Position numbers and translations under genes: made by a program | The notes under the pieces: generated by a model | What the model saw: the letters and a program-made list of their open reading frames with translations, nothing else | Databases searched by the model: none | What the model was told of the DNA's origin: nothing | Part shown: piece by piece, positions 1 through 9,086 of the stretch | How positions within the stretch are numbered: position 1 is the stretch's first letter | Layout: each line of letters begins with the position of its first letter | Assembly: GCA_965204755.1 (NCBI GenBank) | Contig: OZ242011.1 | Location: 2,976,001-3,040,000 of the forward strand | Reading direction: 5' to 3' | Source of the DNA: Candidatus Marinacidobacterium sp. | Lineage (GTDB): Bacteria > Acidobacteriota > Vicinamibacteria > Marinacidobacterales > Marinacidobacteraceae | DNA length: 64,000 nucleotides

Positions 1-417
1 CAGACCCTCGCGCTCCTGGTCTTCGCCTACGCCGTGCACTCGCTGCCCCAGGCGCTCGGCCCGCTGGAGGCCTCGCTCACCCCGCTCAGCCCGCGGCTCG
101 ACGACGCGGCGAGGACGCTCGGCGCCGGCTGGTGGCGGCGGCAGGCCGCCGTCACCCTGCCGCTGCTGCGTCCGGGGATCGCCGCCGGGTCGGCGCTGGT
201 GTTCCTGACCACGGTGAAGGAACTGCCCGCCACGCTGATGCTGGCCCCCACCGGGTTCCGGACGCTGGCCACCACCGCGTGGAGCGCCGCCGAGAATGTG
301 GAACTCGGCCGCGCCGCCGCCGCGGGGCTGGCGCTGCTCGCCCTCTCGATGGCGGCGCTGCTGTTCGTGCTCCGGGAGACCGCCCGGCTGACCCCGGCGG
401 CGCGGAGGGTCGAGTGA
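1..417 (+). CDS. Fe3+ ABC transporter permease, C-terminal part (5' truncated by window edge)
   Basis: Frame open from base 1; EAA-like loop (LDDAARTLGAGWWRRQAAVTLPLLRPGI), KELPATLMLAPTGFRTLAT and TM helices typical of FbpB-type permeases; next to an ABC ATPase. Confidence 0.85.
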   Translation, partial: QTLALLVFAYAVHSLPQALGPLEASLTPLSPRLDDAARTLGAGWWRRQAAVTLPLLRPGIAAGSALVFLTTVKELPATLMLAPTGFRTLATTAWSAAENVELGRAAAAGLALLALSMAALLFVLRETARLTPAARRVE

Positions 418-463
418 CCCGGCGGCCCGGTTCGCGGCGCGGCGCGACGGCGGAGGAAGCGGC

Positions 464-1615
464 GTGACCGCGCGGCCGGCGCTCCGCTGCTCCGGGATCG
501 AGCGGCGGTTCCCCGCCGCGGTCCTCGCGAACGGCGGCGCCTCCGGCAACGGGCACGGCGAACGGCAGGTGCTCGCCGGGGTGGACCTCGAAGTGGAGAG
601 CGGCGGGCTCCTCGCGGTGCTCGGGCCGAGCGGGGGCGGGAAGACCACGCTCCTCCGGATCGTCGCCGGGCTGGAGACGCCGGACGCCGGCCGGGTGGAG
701 GTCCTGGGCCGGCCGGTGACCGCGCCGGGCGTCTTCGTGCCGCCCGAGTCCCGGCGGGTGGGGCTGGTGTTCCAGGACTACGCGCTCTTCCCGCACCTCA
801 CGGCGCGGGAGAACGCCGGCTTCGGCGTGCCGGGGCCCGGCGGGAGCGCCCGGGCCGACGAAGCGCTCTCGCTGCTCGGCCTCTCCGGGGTCGCCGACCA
901 CCGCCCCGACGAACTCTCCGGCGGGGAGCAGCAGCGGGTGGCGCTCGCCCGCGCGCTCGCCCCCGAACCGGCGGTGTTGCTGCTCGACGAGCCGTTCTCG
1001 AACCTGGACGCGGCGTTCCGGGTCGGCGTCCGCGACGAAGTCGCCGGGCTCCTCCGGAGGATCGGCGCGACCGCGGTGCTGGTGACCCACGACCGCGAGG
1101 AGGCGTTCGCCCTGGCCGACCGGGTGGCGCTGCTCCTCGGCGGCGTGATCCGCCGCGTCGGCGCGCCGCAGGAACTCGCCGCGAACCCCGGCAGCCGCGA
1201 GGCGGCGCGGTTCCTCGGGGAAACGAACCTCCTCCCGGCGGAGAGCGACGGCCGATCGGCGGTCTGCGAGATCGGACGCGTGGAGGTCGCGCCGCCGCCC
1301 GCCGGCGAGTCCGCGCCCGCCGGGCCGGTGGAGGTGTTGCTGCCGCTCGACGGACTGCTGCTCGAGCCGTTCGCGGTGGAGGAGTCGTGGTCCGGCTCAC
1401 CGGGGGCGAACGGCGGCGCGCTGGCGGAGTTGACCCGGGCGACCTTCCACGGGGCGTACCAACTCCTCGAGGCCCGCCTGCCGTCCGGCGCCGCGCTGAG
1501 GGCCCGCTGCCCGGCGCGGGCCCACCGGCAGGGCCTGCTCCGCCCCGGCCAGCGCGTGCGCATCCGGCCGGCAGGCCCGGTCCCGGCGTTTCCCCTCGCG
1601 GCGGACTCGTCGTAG
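464..1615 (+). CDS. ABC transporter ATP-binding protein (FbpC/PotA-like)
   Basis: Walker A GPSGGGKT, Q-loop VFQDYALFPHL, signature LSGGEQQR, Walker B LLLDEPF, C-terminal TOBE-like region. Confidence 0.92.
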   Translation: MTARPALRCSGIERRFPAAVLANGGASGNGHGERQVLAGVDLEVESGGLLAVLGPSGGGKTTLLRIVAGLETPDAGRVEVLGRPVTAPGVFVPPESRRVGLVFQDYALFPHLTARENAGFGVPGPGGSARADEALSLLGLSGVADHRPDELSGGEQQRVALARALAPEPAVLLLDEPFSNLDAAFRVGVRDEVAGLLRRIGATAVLVTHDREEAFALADRVALLLGGVIRRVGAPQELAANPGSREAARFLGETNLLPAESDGRSAVCEIGRVEVAPPPAGESAPAGPVEVLLPLDGLLLEPFAVEESWSGSPGANGGALAELTRATFHGAYQLLEARLPSGAALRARCPARAHRQGLLRPGQRVRIRPAGPVPAFPLAADSS

Positions 1616-1665
1616 TCGGCCGGCCCGCGGCCGCGCGTTCGCCGGGCGCGGCCCGGTAGGGGAGA

Positions 1666-2556
1666 ATGGCGGGTATGGATCGAACGGCGCGCCGGGGACT
1701 CCGGTTCGTTCTCGTCGGATCGGTCCTCGCGGTCGGCGCGGGTTGCGGCCCGCCTTCGGGCGAGCATCCGTGGAACGCGCTCGACGCCGAGCGCCCGATC
1801 GCCGCGGCGGACAGCGTGTTCATCGAGGAACTCACTTGGATGGAAGTGCGCGACCGCATCGCCGACGGGGCGGTGACGGCGATCGTCGCCACCGGCGGCA
1901 TCGAGCAGAACGGGCCCTATGTGGTGACCGGCAAGCACGATGTGGTGCTCCGCGCGACCACCGAAGCCATCGCGCGCCGCCTCGGGAACGCCCTGGTCGC
2001 GCCCATCGTGGAACTCGTTCCCGAAGGCGGCCACGACCCGCCCACCGGACACATGCGTTATCCCGGAACCATCAGCCTCACGCAAGACACCTTCGAGAGC
2101 CTGCTCTGGGATGTCTCCCGCAGTCTGGCGGTGGGCGGGTTCCGCGAAGTGATGCTCATCGGCGACAGCGGCGGGAACCAGCGCGGCCTGGCGGCGGTGG
2201 CCGAGCGCTGGAACGCGGCCCCGCCGCATCCGGGAACGCGCCTCCACCACATTCCCGAGTACTACACCGAAGACCTGTGGAGTTACGAGCAACTGAAGGA
2301 ACTCGGCGTCTTCCAGACTCCCGATGTGCAGTCCGCTTCCCGCGGCGACATCCACGACGACTACCACTACGACGCGATCATGGCGACGGTGGACCCCGCC
2401 TCGATCCGCGCCGCCGAACGCCGCGCCGCCGGCCGGTTCGAGATCAACGGCGTCCCGCTCGACCCGCTGGACGAGACGATCGCGAACGGCTACGCCCTGA
2501 TCGCCCGCCGCGCGGAAATCACCATCGCCGCGTTCGAACGCTCGCTCGCGCGCTGA
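1666..2556 (+). CDS. Creatininase-family amidohydrolase, probable lipoprotein
   Basis: FIEELTWMEV, GGIEQNGP, HMRYPGTISL, GDSGGNQ; lipobox-like LAVGAGC; start may be 1675. Confidence 0.8.
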   Translation: MAGMDRTARRGLRFVLVGSVLAVGAGCGPPSGEHPWNALDAERPIAAADSVFIEELTWMEVRDRIADGAVTAIVATGGIEQNGPYVVTGKHDVVLRATTEAIARRLGNALVAPIVELVPEGGHDPPTGHMRYPGTISLTQDTFESLLWDVSRSLAVGGFREVMLIGDSGGNQRGLAAVAERWNAAPPHPGTRLHHIPEYYTEDLWSYEQLKELGVFQTPDVQSASRGDIHDDYHYDAIMATVDPASIRAAERRAAGRFEINGVPLDPLDETIANGYALIARRAEITIAAFERSLAR

Positions 2557-2574
2557 CGCCCGCGAGTCGGGCGG

Positions 2575-2751
2575 TCACTCGTCCTCGTCGTCCCCGCGCC
2601 GCCTGCCGTAGTACCGCTCGTCGATCCGGTTCACGGCGTAAACGAGGAAGCGCAGCGCCCGGTAACTGAGCCACACGCCGCCGCCCCCCATCAGGAGCAG
2701 CAGCGCGAGGTTCCACCAAGAGAAGTCCGGAGACCACCACCTGAGTTCCAT
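2575..2751 (-). CDS. Small single-TM membrane protein (58 aa), absent from the ORF track
   Basis: Manual translation MELRWWSPDFSWWNLALLLLMGGGGVWLSYRALRFLVYAVNRIDERYYGRRRGDDEDE*; AAGGA RBS upstream of ATG; fills the gap divergent from the sigma gene. Confidence 0.65.
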   Translation of the reverse strand: MELRWWSPDFSWWNLALLLLMGGGGVWLSYRALRFLVYAVNRIDERYYGRRRGDDEDE

Positions 2752-2867
2752 GGTCGATTCCTTTCGGTCGGAGACTACACCTTCGGAACCGGGTCGGTCG
2801 GCCCATCGTTTATCCGCGTACCCGGTGGCCGCGCGGCGACGACAGTCGGGCGGCAGGGAGGTTGGAG

Positions 2868-3836
2868 ATGGCCGAGCCGAAGACCGAAGGCATTCCCGGT
2901 CCGGGCGCTGCGCCGATGGTCGGCGCCGCCGCGGAGGAATCGGGAGGCGGCGACCTGGACGCGGTGGGGCTCTACCTGCGAGGCATCCGTCGGGGCGGGC
3001 GGCCGGCGAAGGGGGGCGAGTTGCCCTGCTGCTCCGCCGGACGGGCGCCGGGAGCGAGCAAGGGCGGCCGGGTGTTCCGGTGCGCCGCCCTCCGGTCCCC
3101 GGACGCCGCGCCCTGCGGGCTGGTGCTCGGCCACCTGCGGCTGGTCGTCTCCGTGGCGCGGCGTTACGAGCGGTTCCACCTGCCGCTCGGGGACCTGATC
3201 CAGGAGGGCAATGTCGGCTTGCTGGAGGCCGTTCGGAACTACGAGCCGAAGCGCCACGGGAGATTCGTTCGCCACGCGGCGAACTGCATCAAGAAGGAGA
3301 TCTGCCGGGCGCTCTCCGAGGCGCGGACGATCCACATCCCGCGGGAGAAACTCGCCCGGCGGCGGCAGTTGGCTCGGGTCGCCGGGAATCTCGAGCAACG
3401 CGCCGGGAATGAAGCCGGCGACGCGCGGCCCCGGCCGCAACACCGACTCGAAGACGACGCCAGGGAAATCGGCGTGGAGCCCGAGGAACTTCGCGAAATC
3501 CTGCTCCTGGTGCCCGAAATGGATTCCCTCGACGCGCCGAGCGAGCCGAACGGAAGGGCGTTGGCCGAGCGGTTGCCCGGCGCCGGCGGCGCCGACCCGC
3601 TCGCGGCCGCCGAGGACTCGGAACGGCGCCGCCTCCTGCGCGAGGCGGTGGCCGGACTCCCTCCCCGTTACCGCCGGCTCGTGGAGCGGCGGTACGGACT
3701 CGACGGCGGCGGCGAGGCCCGGCTGGCCGACCTCGCGGAGGAATTCGAGGTCTCGATTCCCCGCGCGCACCAGTTGCTCGCGAAGGCGGTGAAGCAACTT
3801 CGCGGCGCCCTCCGCTTCCAACCCTCGGCCGGCTGA
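2868..3836 (+). CDS. Divergent sigma70-family (RpoD/RpoS/RpoH-like) sigma factor
   Basis: Region 1.2 DAVGLYLRGI, 2.1 HLRLVVSVARRY, 2.2 DLIQEGNVGLLEAV, SLDAP, region 4 HTH; GGGAGG RBS. Confidence 0.85.
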   Translation: MAEPKTEGIPGPGAAPMVGAAAEESGGGDLDAVGLYLRGIRRGGRPAKGGELPCCSAGRAPGASKGGRVFRCAALRSPDAAPCGLVLGHLRLVVSVARRYERFHLPLGDLIQEGNVGLLEAVRNYEPKRHGRFVRHAANCIKKEICRALSEARTIHIPREKLARRRQLARVAGNLEQRAGNEAGDARPRPQHRLEDDAREIGVEPEELREILLLVPEMDSLDAPSEPNGRALAERLPGAGGADPLAAAEDSERRRLLREAVAGLPPRYRRLVERRYGLDGGGEARLADLAEEFEVSIPRAHQLLAKAVKQLRGALRFQPSAG

Positions 3837-3843
3837 CTGTCGC

Positions 3844-3872
3844 CCGCCGTCCGCGGCGACGCGGACCGGCGG
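3844..3872. terminator. GC-rich hairpin between convergent sigma and permease genes
   Basis: GTCCGCG-GCGA-CGCGGAC stem with GNRA loop, extendable by CCGCC/GGCGG; no U tract. Confidence 0.4.
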
Positions 3873-3907
3873 CCCACCGGAATTCCGCCGCGCGCCGACC
3901 TCGGCAG

Positions 3908-6361
3908 TTACAGCGAACGCAGCAGCGCCCAAGGGTTGGCCTTCGCCGCCCGGAGTCCGGCGTAGAGGCCGCCGGCGGCCATGAGGAGCGCGGCGAGCGC
4001 GGCGGGGCCCAGGTAGAGGAACGGATCGCCGGTCTCGACCCAGGGGATGCGGCTCCCGATCGCCCGGGCGAGCAGCCAGCCGAGCAGCAGCCCCGCGCCG
4101 ACTCCGGCGGCGGCCGCCGCGCCGGTCCGGCGGGCGACCTGCCAGACGACGACCGCCGGCTCGGCGCCGAGCGCCAGCCGGATCGCGTTCGGCTGCGCCT
4201 CGCGGGCCGCGCTGTCCGAAAGGTGGCCGACGACGCCGACCACCGTGAGCAGGATGCCGGCTACGGCGAAGACGATCAGCACCACGGAAGCGAGCCCCGA
4301 ACTGCCGAGCATTCCCGACCGCCGACTGCGCACCGAATCCGTCTGCAGCACCCGCAGCGACGGGTCAACCGCACGGGGAATCCCGGCCAGGACGCCGAGG
4401 GCTTCCGGCGACAGCCCGTCGCGGAACCGCGCCACGACCTCCGTCTTGTCCGCGAGCACGGCCCCGAGGAGCGCGTGCAGCGGCGCCGCCGCGCCGCCGT
4501 CGTCCGTTTCCTCCGCGTAGGGCCGGTACAGGTTGGATTGCCGGCGCCGCGCCGGAAAAGGCAGGACATCGGCCGCCACGCCCACGACGCGCACCGGGTC
4601 GAGTCCGGCGCGAACGAGGTCGCCGACCGGGTCTTCCGGGAGCCCGGCCGCGAAACTCCGGTCCACGACGCCGACCGCCTCTCCGGAGGCGCGGTCCGCC
4701 TCGGTGAAGCCGCGCCCCCGGACGACCGGGATCCGGAGCGCGCCCAGCATTCCCCCGCTGATGCGGCGGACGGCGAGCGGCCGCGCCTCTTCGCCCCCGG
4801 CCCCGGTGACGCGGAGAATGGATCCCGAAGGGTCGTCCGGCAGGTAGTCGCCGTAGCCGGCGGCTTCCACGGCCGGAATCGCCTCGATCCGCTCGACGAG
4901 TTCGTCCAGGATCCGCCGCCGCTCCGCGCTCGACGGCGCGAAGTCCGCCCCGCGCCCCCCGAAGTCCACGGTCATCACGCCGAGGCCGGAGTCGGAGTAG
5001 CCGCCGCGTCCGGCGAGAAGGGAGAACGCGCTCCCGGCCACGACCGCGGTGGCGATCAGGATCACCGTGGAGGCGGCGGTCCCGCCGGCGAGGAGCGGCA
5101 GGAGGAACGGCCGCCGGCCGTGCGCGCCCCGCGTTCCCTGGGTGATGGCCGCCGAGCGCTCCCGGAGGATCTCGACGAGCGACGGCGCTTCCGCGAGCCC
5201 GACGGCGAAGAGCGCGGCCAAGAAGGCCGGCAGGGCCGTTTCGACGCCGATCTCCCAGTCCGCCGCGAAGAGCAGGTGCGCCCCGTACGACCTCAGGACC
5301 GGCAGCAGGTAGGTCGAAACCGCCAGTGCGCCCCCGGCCACGGCGACGGCGAGAAGGACGATCCGGATCCCGGAGGCCGCGACTTCGTCTCCGGGCGCGG
5401 CGCCGAGCGACCTCCGGATGCCCGAGGCGCGCTGCTCGGACAGCGCCTGGGAGAGCCGGAGGCTCGCCACGCTCGCCGCGGCGACGAGGAGCAGGAGCAG
5501 GGCGCCGCCGCGGAGGATCTCGAGGGTCGGGCGAATGCCCTCGGTCAACTCCTCGGTCAGGGGCGACAGGACGACTTGCTCCTCGTCCGACCGGAATCCG
5601 GCGCGGCGGAGAACCGCCGTCGCTTCGGCGCCCGCCGCGGCGGGGGAGGCCCCCGGGGCGAGTCGGGCGAAGGTCGGGTAGGTCCGGGTTATCCCGCTGC
5701 CCGTCGTCGAGGCCAAGGGCAACCAGGCCACGATCCTCGGCGTGGGGAACACGAAGTCGCGGGGCATCAGGCCGATGACCTCGAGACGCTGACGCCCGAG
5801 GTCCAGAGTCTCCCCGACCGCCTCGGCTGCGTCGCCGAACAGGGCGGCGGCCAGGTCCTCGCGCAGGAGGGCGGCGCTCGGCGCCTCGCCGTCGGAAAGG
5901 ACGACCCGGTGGTCCGCCTCGTCGAAGAGCCTCCCGGCCACCGGAGCGGCGCCGAGCGCCTGGAGCATTCCGGGGCCGAGAGACGCGGCGACGATGAGGC
6001 GGGCGTGGGCCGCTCCGCCGATGACGCCGGTTCGCGGGATCCAGGCGCCGATCCAGGCCAGCGAACCGGCGGACTCCACGAGTTCCGCCGCCTCCGCATC
6101 CGTCGGGGAGGAGGTGGGGCGGTCGTCGCCGCTCCCGCGAACCGTCCCGCGAACCGATTCGACGGAAACCTCGACGATCTCGTCGGCGTTGCGCCACGAC
6201 AGTCGGCGCTCGACGGTGCTGTTCCAGACCGCGGTCACCGAGTGGCCGGCGGCCGCGGCCACGCTGAGGACGAGCACGGCGGCCGCAGCGTTCCATCGGG
6301 CCGCGGCGAGGGAGCGGAACGCTACGCGGAACGCGTTCTTCCAGCGGGTGGCGGTGAGCAT
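3908..6361 (-). CDS. ADOP-like duplicated ABC permease (MacB-PCD/FtsX x2)
   Basis: 817 aa, two periplasmic+FtsX repeats (GIRRSLGAAPG, AIRLALGAEP), GRLF/GRGF motifs, C-terminal RAAKANPWALLR. Confidence 0.85.
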   Translation of the reverse strand: MLTATRWKNAFRVAFRSLAAARWNAAAAVLVLSVAAAAGHSVTAVWNSTVERRLSWRNADEIVEVSVESVRGTVRGSGDDRPTSSPTDAEAAELVESAGSLAWIGAWIPRTGVIGGAAHARLIVAASLGPGMLQALGAAPVAGRLFDEADHRVVLSDGEAPSAALLREDLAAALFGDAAEAVGETLDLGRQRLEVIGLMPRDFVFPTPRIVAWLPLASTTGSGITRTYPTFARLAPGASPAAAGAEATAVLRRAGFRSDEEQVVLSPLTEELTEGIRPTLEILRGGALLLLLVAAASVASLRLSQALSEQRASGIRRSLGAAPGDEVAASGIRIVLLAVAVAGGALAVSTYLLPVLRSYGAHLLFAADWEIGVETALPAFLAALFAVGLAEAPSLVEILRERSAAITQGTRGAHGRRPFLLPLLAGGTAASTVILIATAVVAGSAFSLLAGRGGYSDSGLGVMTVDFGGRGADFAPSSAERRRILDELVERIEAIPAVEAAGYGDYLPDDPSGSILRVTGAGGEEARPLAVRRISGGMLGALRIPVVRGRGFTEADRASGEAVGVVDRSFAAGLPEDPVGDLVRAGLDPVRVVGVAADVLPFPARRRQSNLYRPYAEETDDGGAAAPLHALLGAVLADKTEVVARFRDGLSPEALGVLAGIPRAVDPSLRVLQTDSVRSRRSGMLGSSGLASVVLIVFAVAGILLTVVGVVGHLSDSAAREAQPNAIRLALGAEPAVVVWQVARRTGAAAAAGVGAGLLLGWLLARAIGSRIPWVETGDPFLYLGPAALAALLMAAGGLYAGLRAAKANPWALLRSL

Positions 6362-6403
6362 GTCCGGCGGCGAGGAATCGGGTGGAGGGGTGTTCGGTGG
6401 CGC

Positions 6404-7276
6404 CTACGGGGCTTCCGGCTCCGCCGGAGTTTCCGGGGCGGGGTTCGCCATCGCCCGGGTCAGCGCCTCCCCGATCGGTCCGCCCATCCGGCTCAGCATC
6501 ATCATCTCGAAGTCGCTTTCCGCCCACGCCCCGTTCTCGACGAAGAGCGACAGCAACTCGGCGTTCTGCGTCATCGCCAGGGCCTTGAGGGGCGGCGCGT
6601 CCTCGTCGGATCTCAGGTTCGGATCGGCGCCGCGCTCGAACAGCATCCGCGCGAATTCCATCTCGGCGTCAGGGGCGGGCGCGCCCGCGTCGGTTGCGCC
6701 GCCCCGGGCGCGGCGAAGGAAGATGCCGCCCACGACCTGCATCAGCGCGGTGGTCCCGTTGGTTTCCGACCGGGCGTTCGCTTCAGCGCCGGCTTCGAGC
6801 AGGCGGCGGCCGGCGTCCACGGCTGCTGCCGCGGCCGCCCGCATGAGCGCGGTCCGGCCCTGTCCGTCCTGCGCCTCGAGGTCGGCGTCGGCCTCGAGGA
6901 GGAGGTCGACGATCGGCGCCTGTCCCGCTTCGGCCGCCTGGTGGAGCGGGCGGTGCCCGTTCTTCGACTCTTCGGCGTTCGGCGGGACGCCCTCGGCCAG
7001 GAGTTCGCGGACGCGGGCCGCGTTCCCGTCGCGGGCGGCCAGGACCAACTGTCCTTCCGGCGTGTCCTCGGCCACTTCGGCCCGGGCCGCCAACTCTTCC
7101 TCGAGGCCCGGCGCGGCGTTGACGCTGATGTTGACGCCGGGGCCCGGCGAATCGGTCTCATCGGACGGGGCGATCCGAACGGAGCCTCCGAGCCGGAGGA
7201 CCGCGAAGGCCACCGTCGCGAGCAATGCCACGCCGCCCAGCGCGGCGATCCAGCGGAGTTTCCTGGCGTTCGCCAT
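6404..7276 (-). CDS. Ankyrin-repeat protein with N-terminal membrane anchor/signal
   Basis: Ankyrin motifs GHRPLHQAAEAG, GRTALMRAA, GTTALMQ, GADPN; hydrophobic N-terminus; AAGGGG RBS before ATG 7276. Confidence 0.85.
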   Translation of the reverse strand: MANARKLRWIAALGGVALLATVAFAVLRLGGSVRIAPSDETDSPGPGVNISVNAAPGLEEELAARAEVAEDTPEGQLVLAARDGNAARVRELLAEGVPPNAEESKNGHRPLHQAAEAGQAPIVDLLLEADADLEAQDGQGRTALMRAAAAAAVDAGRRLLEAGAEANARSETNGTTALMQVVGGIFLRRARGGATDAGAPAPDAEMEFARMLFERGADPNLRSDEDAPPLKALAMTQNAELLSLFVENGAWAESDFEMMMLSRMGGPIGEALTRAMANPAPETPAEPEAP

Positions 7277-7435
7277 CGGAGTTCCCCTTTCCGGCGGGCA
7301 TTCCGCCGTCGCGCCCAATATATTCGTACGGACGAGAACCGTTTTTTAAGTACCCCGGCGCGGGGCGCTCTCAAGTTCTGCCGCGGCTGCGCCGCGCCGG
7401 CGGTGATGACCGGGCGGCCCCGCCGGCCGATCGGC

Positions 7436-8965
7436 TCAGCGAGCGGGTGTTTTCTTCGTGGAGAGGCGCGGCCAGAGCGGGTCGCCGCCGCGCGTCGCCA
7501 AGGCCCGGTCAGCGCGGAAGGCCGCGTACTCCGCCAGCGCCGGCGGGCCGCTCCCGACCGGGGTTCCGAGGCGCGACAGGATCTCGGCGCTCGAATCCGG
7601 CATGACCGGCCACAGGAGGGCCGCCGCGGCGCGGGTGGCTTCGGCGGCTTCGTAGAGCGTTTCGTCGAGCGCGCCGGCCCGCTCCGGGTCCTTCGCCAAC
7701 TTCCACGGGGCGCGTTCGGTGAGGAACTCGTTCACGGCGTCCACGATCCGGAACGCCGCCGCCGCGCCTTCGTGGAGGCGCAGCGACTCCATCGCCGCGC
7801 GGCAGTCCGCCGCCGCCCCGGACACGATTCCGCCCAGCCGGGTCCGCGCCGACGGTTCGAGCCGGCCGTCCCGGTACCGCCCGGCCATCGAAGTGATCCG
7901 GCTCACCAGGTTGCCGAGCGAGTTGGCGAGGTCGGCGTCGTAACGCGCCTCGAACCGGGCCCAGGAGAAATCCCCGTCCTGTCCGTAGGCGATCTCGCGC
8001 ACGAGGAACAGCCGCAGCGGATCCGGGCCGAAGTGGTCCGCCGCCTCCAGCGGGTCCACGGAAGTGCCCAGCGACTTGCTCATCTTCTCGCCCATGAAGT
8101 TGACGAAGCCGTGGCCGAAGACCTTTCGCGGAAGCGCGACTCCGGCGGAGAGGAGCATCGCCGGCCAGATGACCGCGTGGAACCGGGTGATGTCCTTGCC
8201 CACGATGTGGAGGTCCGCCGGCCACCTTTCGTCCCAGCCGGCTTCGTCGTCGCCGTAGCCGGTCGCCGAGAGGTAGTTGATGAGCGCGTCGAACCAGACA
8301 TAGACGACGCTCTTCTCGTCGAAGGGGACGGGTATGCCCCAGTCGAGCCCCGGCCGGCTCACCGAGAGATCCGTCAACCCCGCCTCGAGGACTCGGGTCA
8401 GTTCGTTGCGCCGCGTTTCCGGTTCGATGAAACCGGGGTCGTCCCGGTAGAGCGCGAGCAGGCGGTCGCCGTAACGCGACAGCCGGAAGAAGTGGTTCCG
8501 CTCGCTGATCCAGTCCGGCTTGCCGCGGTGGATCGGGCAGATTCCGTCGTCGAGGTCCTTCTCCTGCTTGAACGCTTCGCAGGAAACGCAGTACCAACCC
8601 TCGTAGGTTCCCTCGTAGAGGTCGCCGGCGTCGCGGATCGCGCCCAGCAGTTTCTGCACGGCCGTCCGGTGCCGCCGTTGGGTGGTGCGCATGAACTCGT
8701 CGAACGAGATGTTCAACTTCGACCAGACGCCGCGAAACACTTCCTCCATCCGTTCGCAGTAGGCGAGGGGTTCGAGCCCCTGCTCGGCGGCCTTCCGGCG
8801 CACATTCAGCGAGTGTTCGTCCGCCCCCATCAGGAAATGGGTGTCGTACCCGGCGCACCGCCGGAACCGGGCGATCACATCCGCGGTGATCTTCTCGTAG
8901 GCGGTGCCGAGGTGCGGGGGCGAGTTGACATAGTCGATCGCCGTGGTGAGGTAGTAGCGGGGCAC
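7436..8965 (-). CDS. metG: Methionine--tRNA ligase (short form)
   Basis: YLTTAIDYVNSPPHLG (HIGH-like), YVWFDALINY, GKDITRFH, KMSKS. Confidence 0.97.
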   Translation of the reverse strand: MPRYYLTTAIDYVNSPPHLGTAYEKITADVIARFRRCAGYDTHFLMGADEHSLNVRRKAAEQGLEPLAYCERMEEVFRGVWSKLNISFDEFMRTTQRRHRTAVQKLLGAIRDAGDLYEGTYEGWYCVSCEAFKQEKDLDDGICPIHRGKPDWISERNHFFRLSRYGDRLLALYRDDPGFIEPETRRNELTRVLEAGLTDLSVSRPGLDWGIPVPFDEKSVVYVWFDALINYLSATGYGDDEAGWDERWPADLHIVGKDITRFHAVIWPAMLLSAGVALPRKVFGHGFVNFMGEKMSKSLGTSVDPLEAADHFGPDPLRLFLVREIAYGQDGDFSWARFEARYDADLANSLGNLVSRITSMAGRYRDGRLEPSARTRLGGIVSGAAADCRAAMESLRLHEGAAAAFRIVDAVNEFLTERAPWKLAKDPERAGALDETLYEAAEATRAAAALLWPVMPDSSAEILSRLGTPVGSGPPALAEYAAFRADRALATRGGDPLWPRLSTKKTPAR

Positions 8966-9051
8966 GCGGCGGGGATTCTACGGAGCGCGGCGCGGGTGGG
9001 GGCGTTCCGGGGGCCGGGCGGGCGAGGGAGCCGGCGCGGGGCGTCTCCCGG

Positions 9052-9080
9052 TTGACCCCGCCCCCCGGCTTGGGCAGACT
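9052..9080 (+). promoter_or_regulatory. Sigma70-type promoter, probably leaderless, for the amidohydrolase operon
   Basis: TTGACC (9052-9057), 17-nt spacer, CAGACT (9075-9080), 6 nt, then ATG 9087; no Shine-Dalgarno. Confidence 0.55.
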
Positions 9081-9086
9081 CGCCGG

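Noticed and set aside
4223-9055. 1610-aa ORF on the + strand
   Set aside because: Antisense shadow of the ADOP, ankyrin and metG genes; Arg/Gly/Pro-rich with no motifs, typical of high-GC DNA
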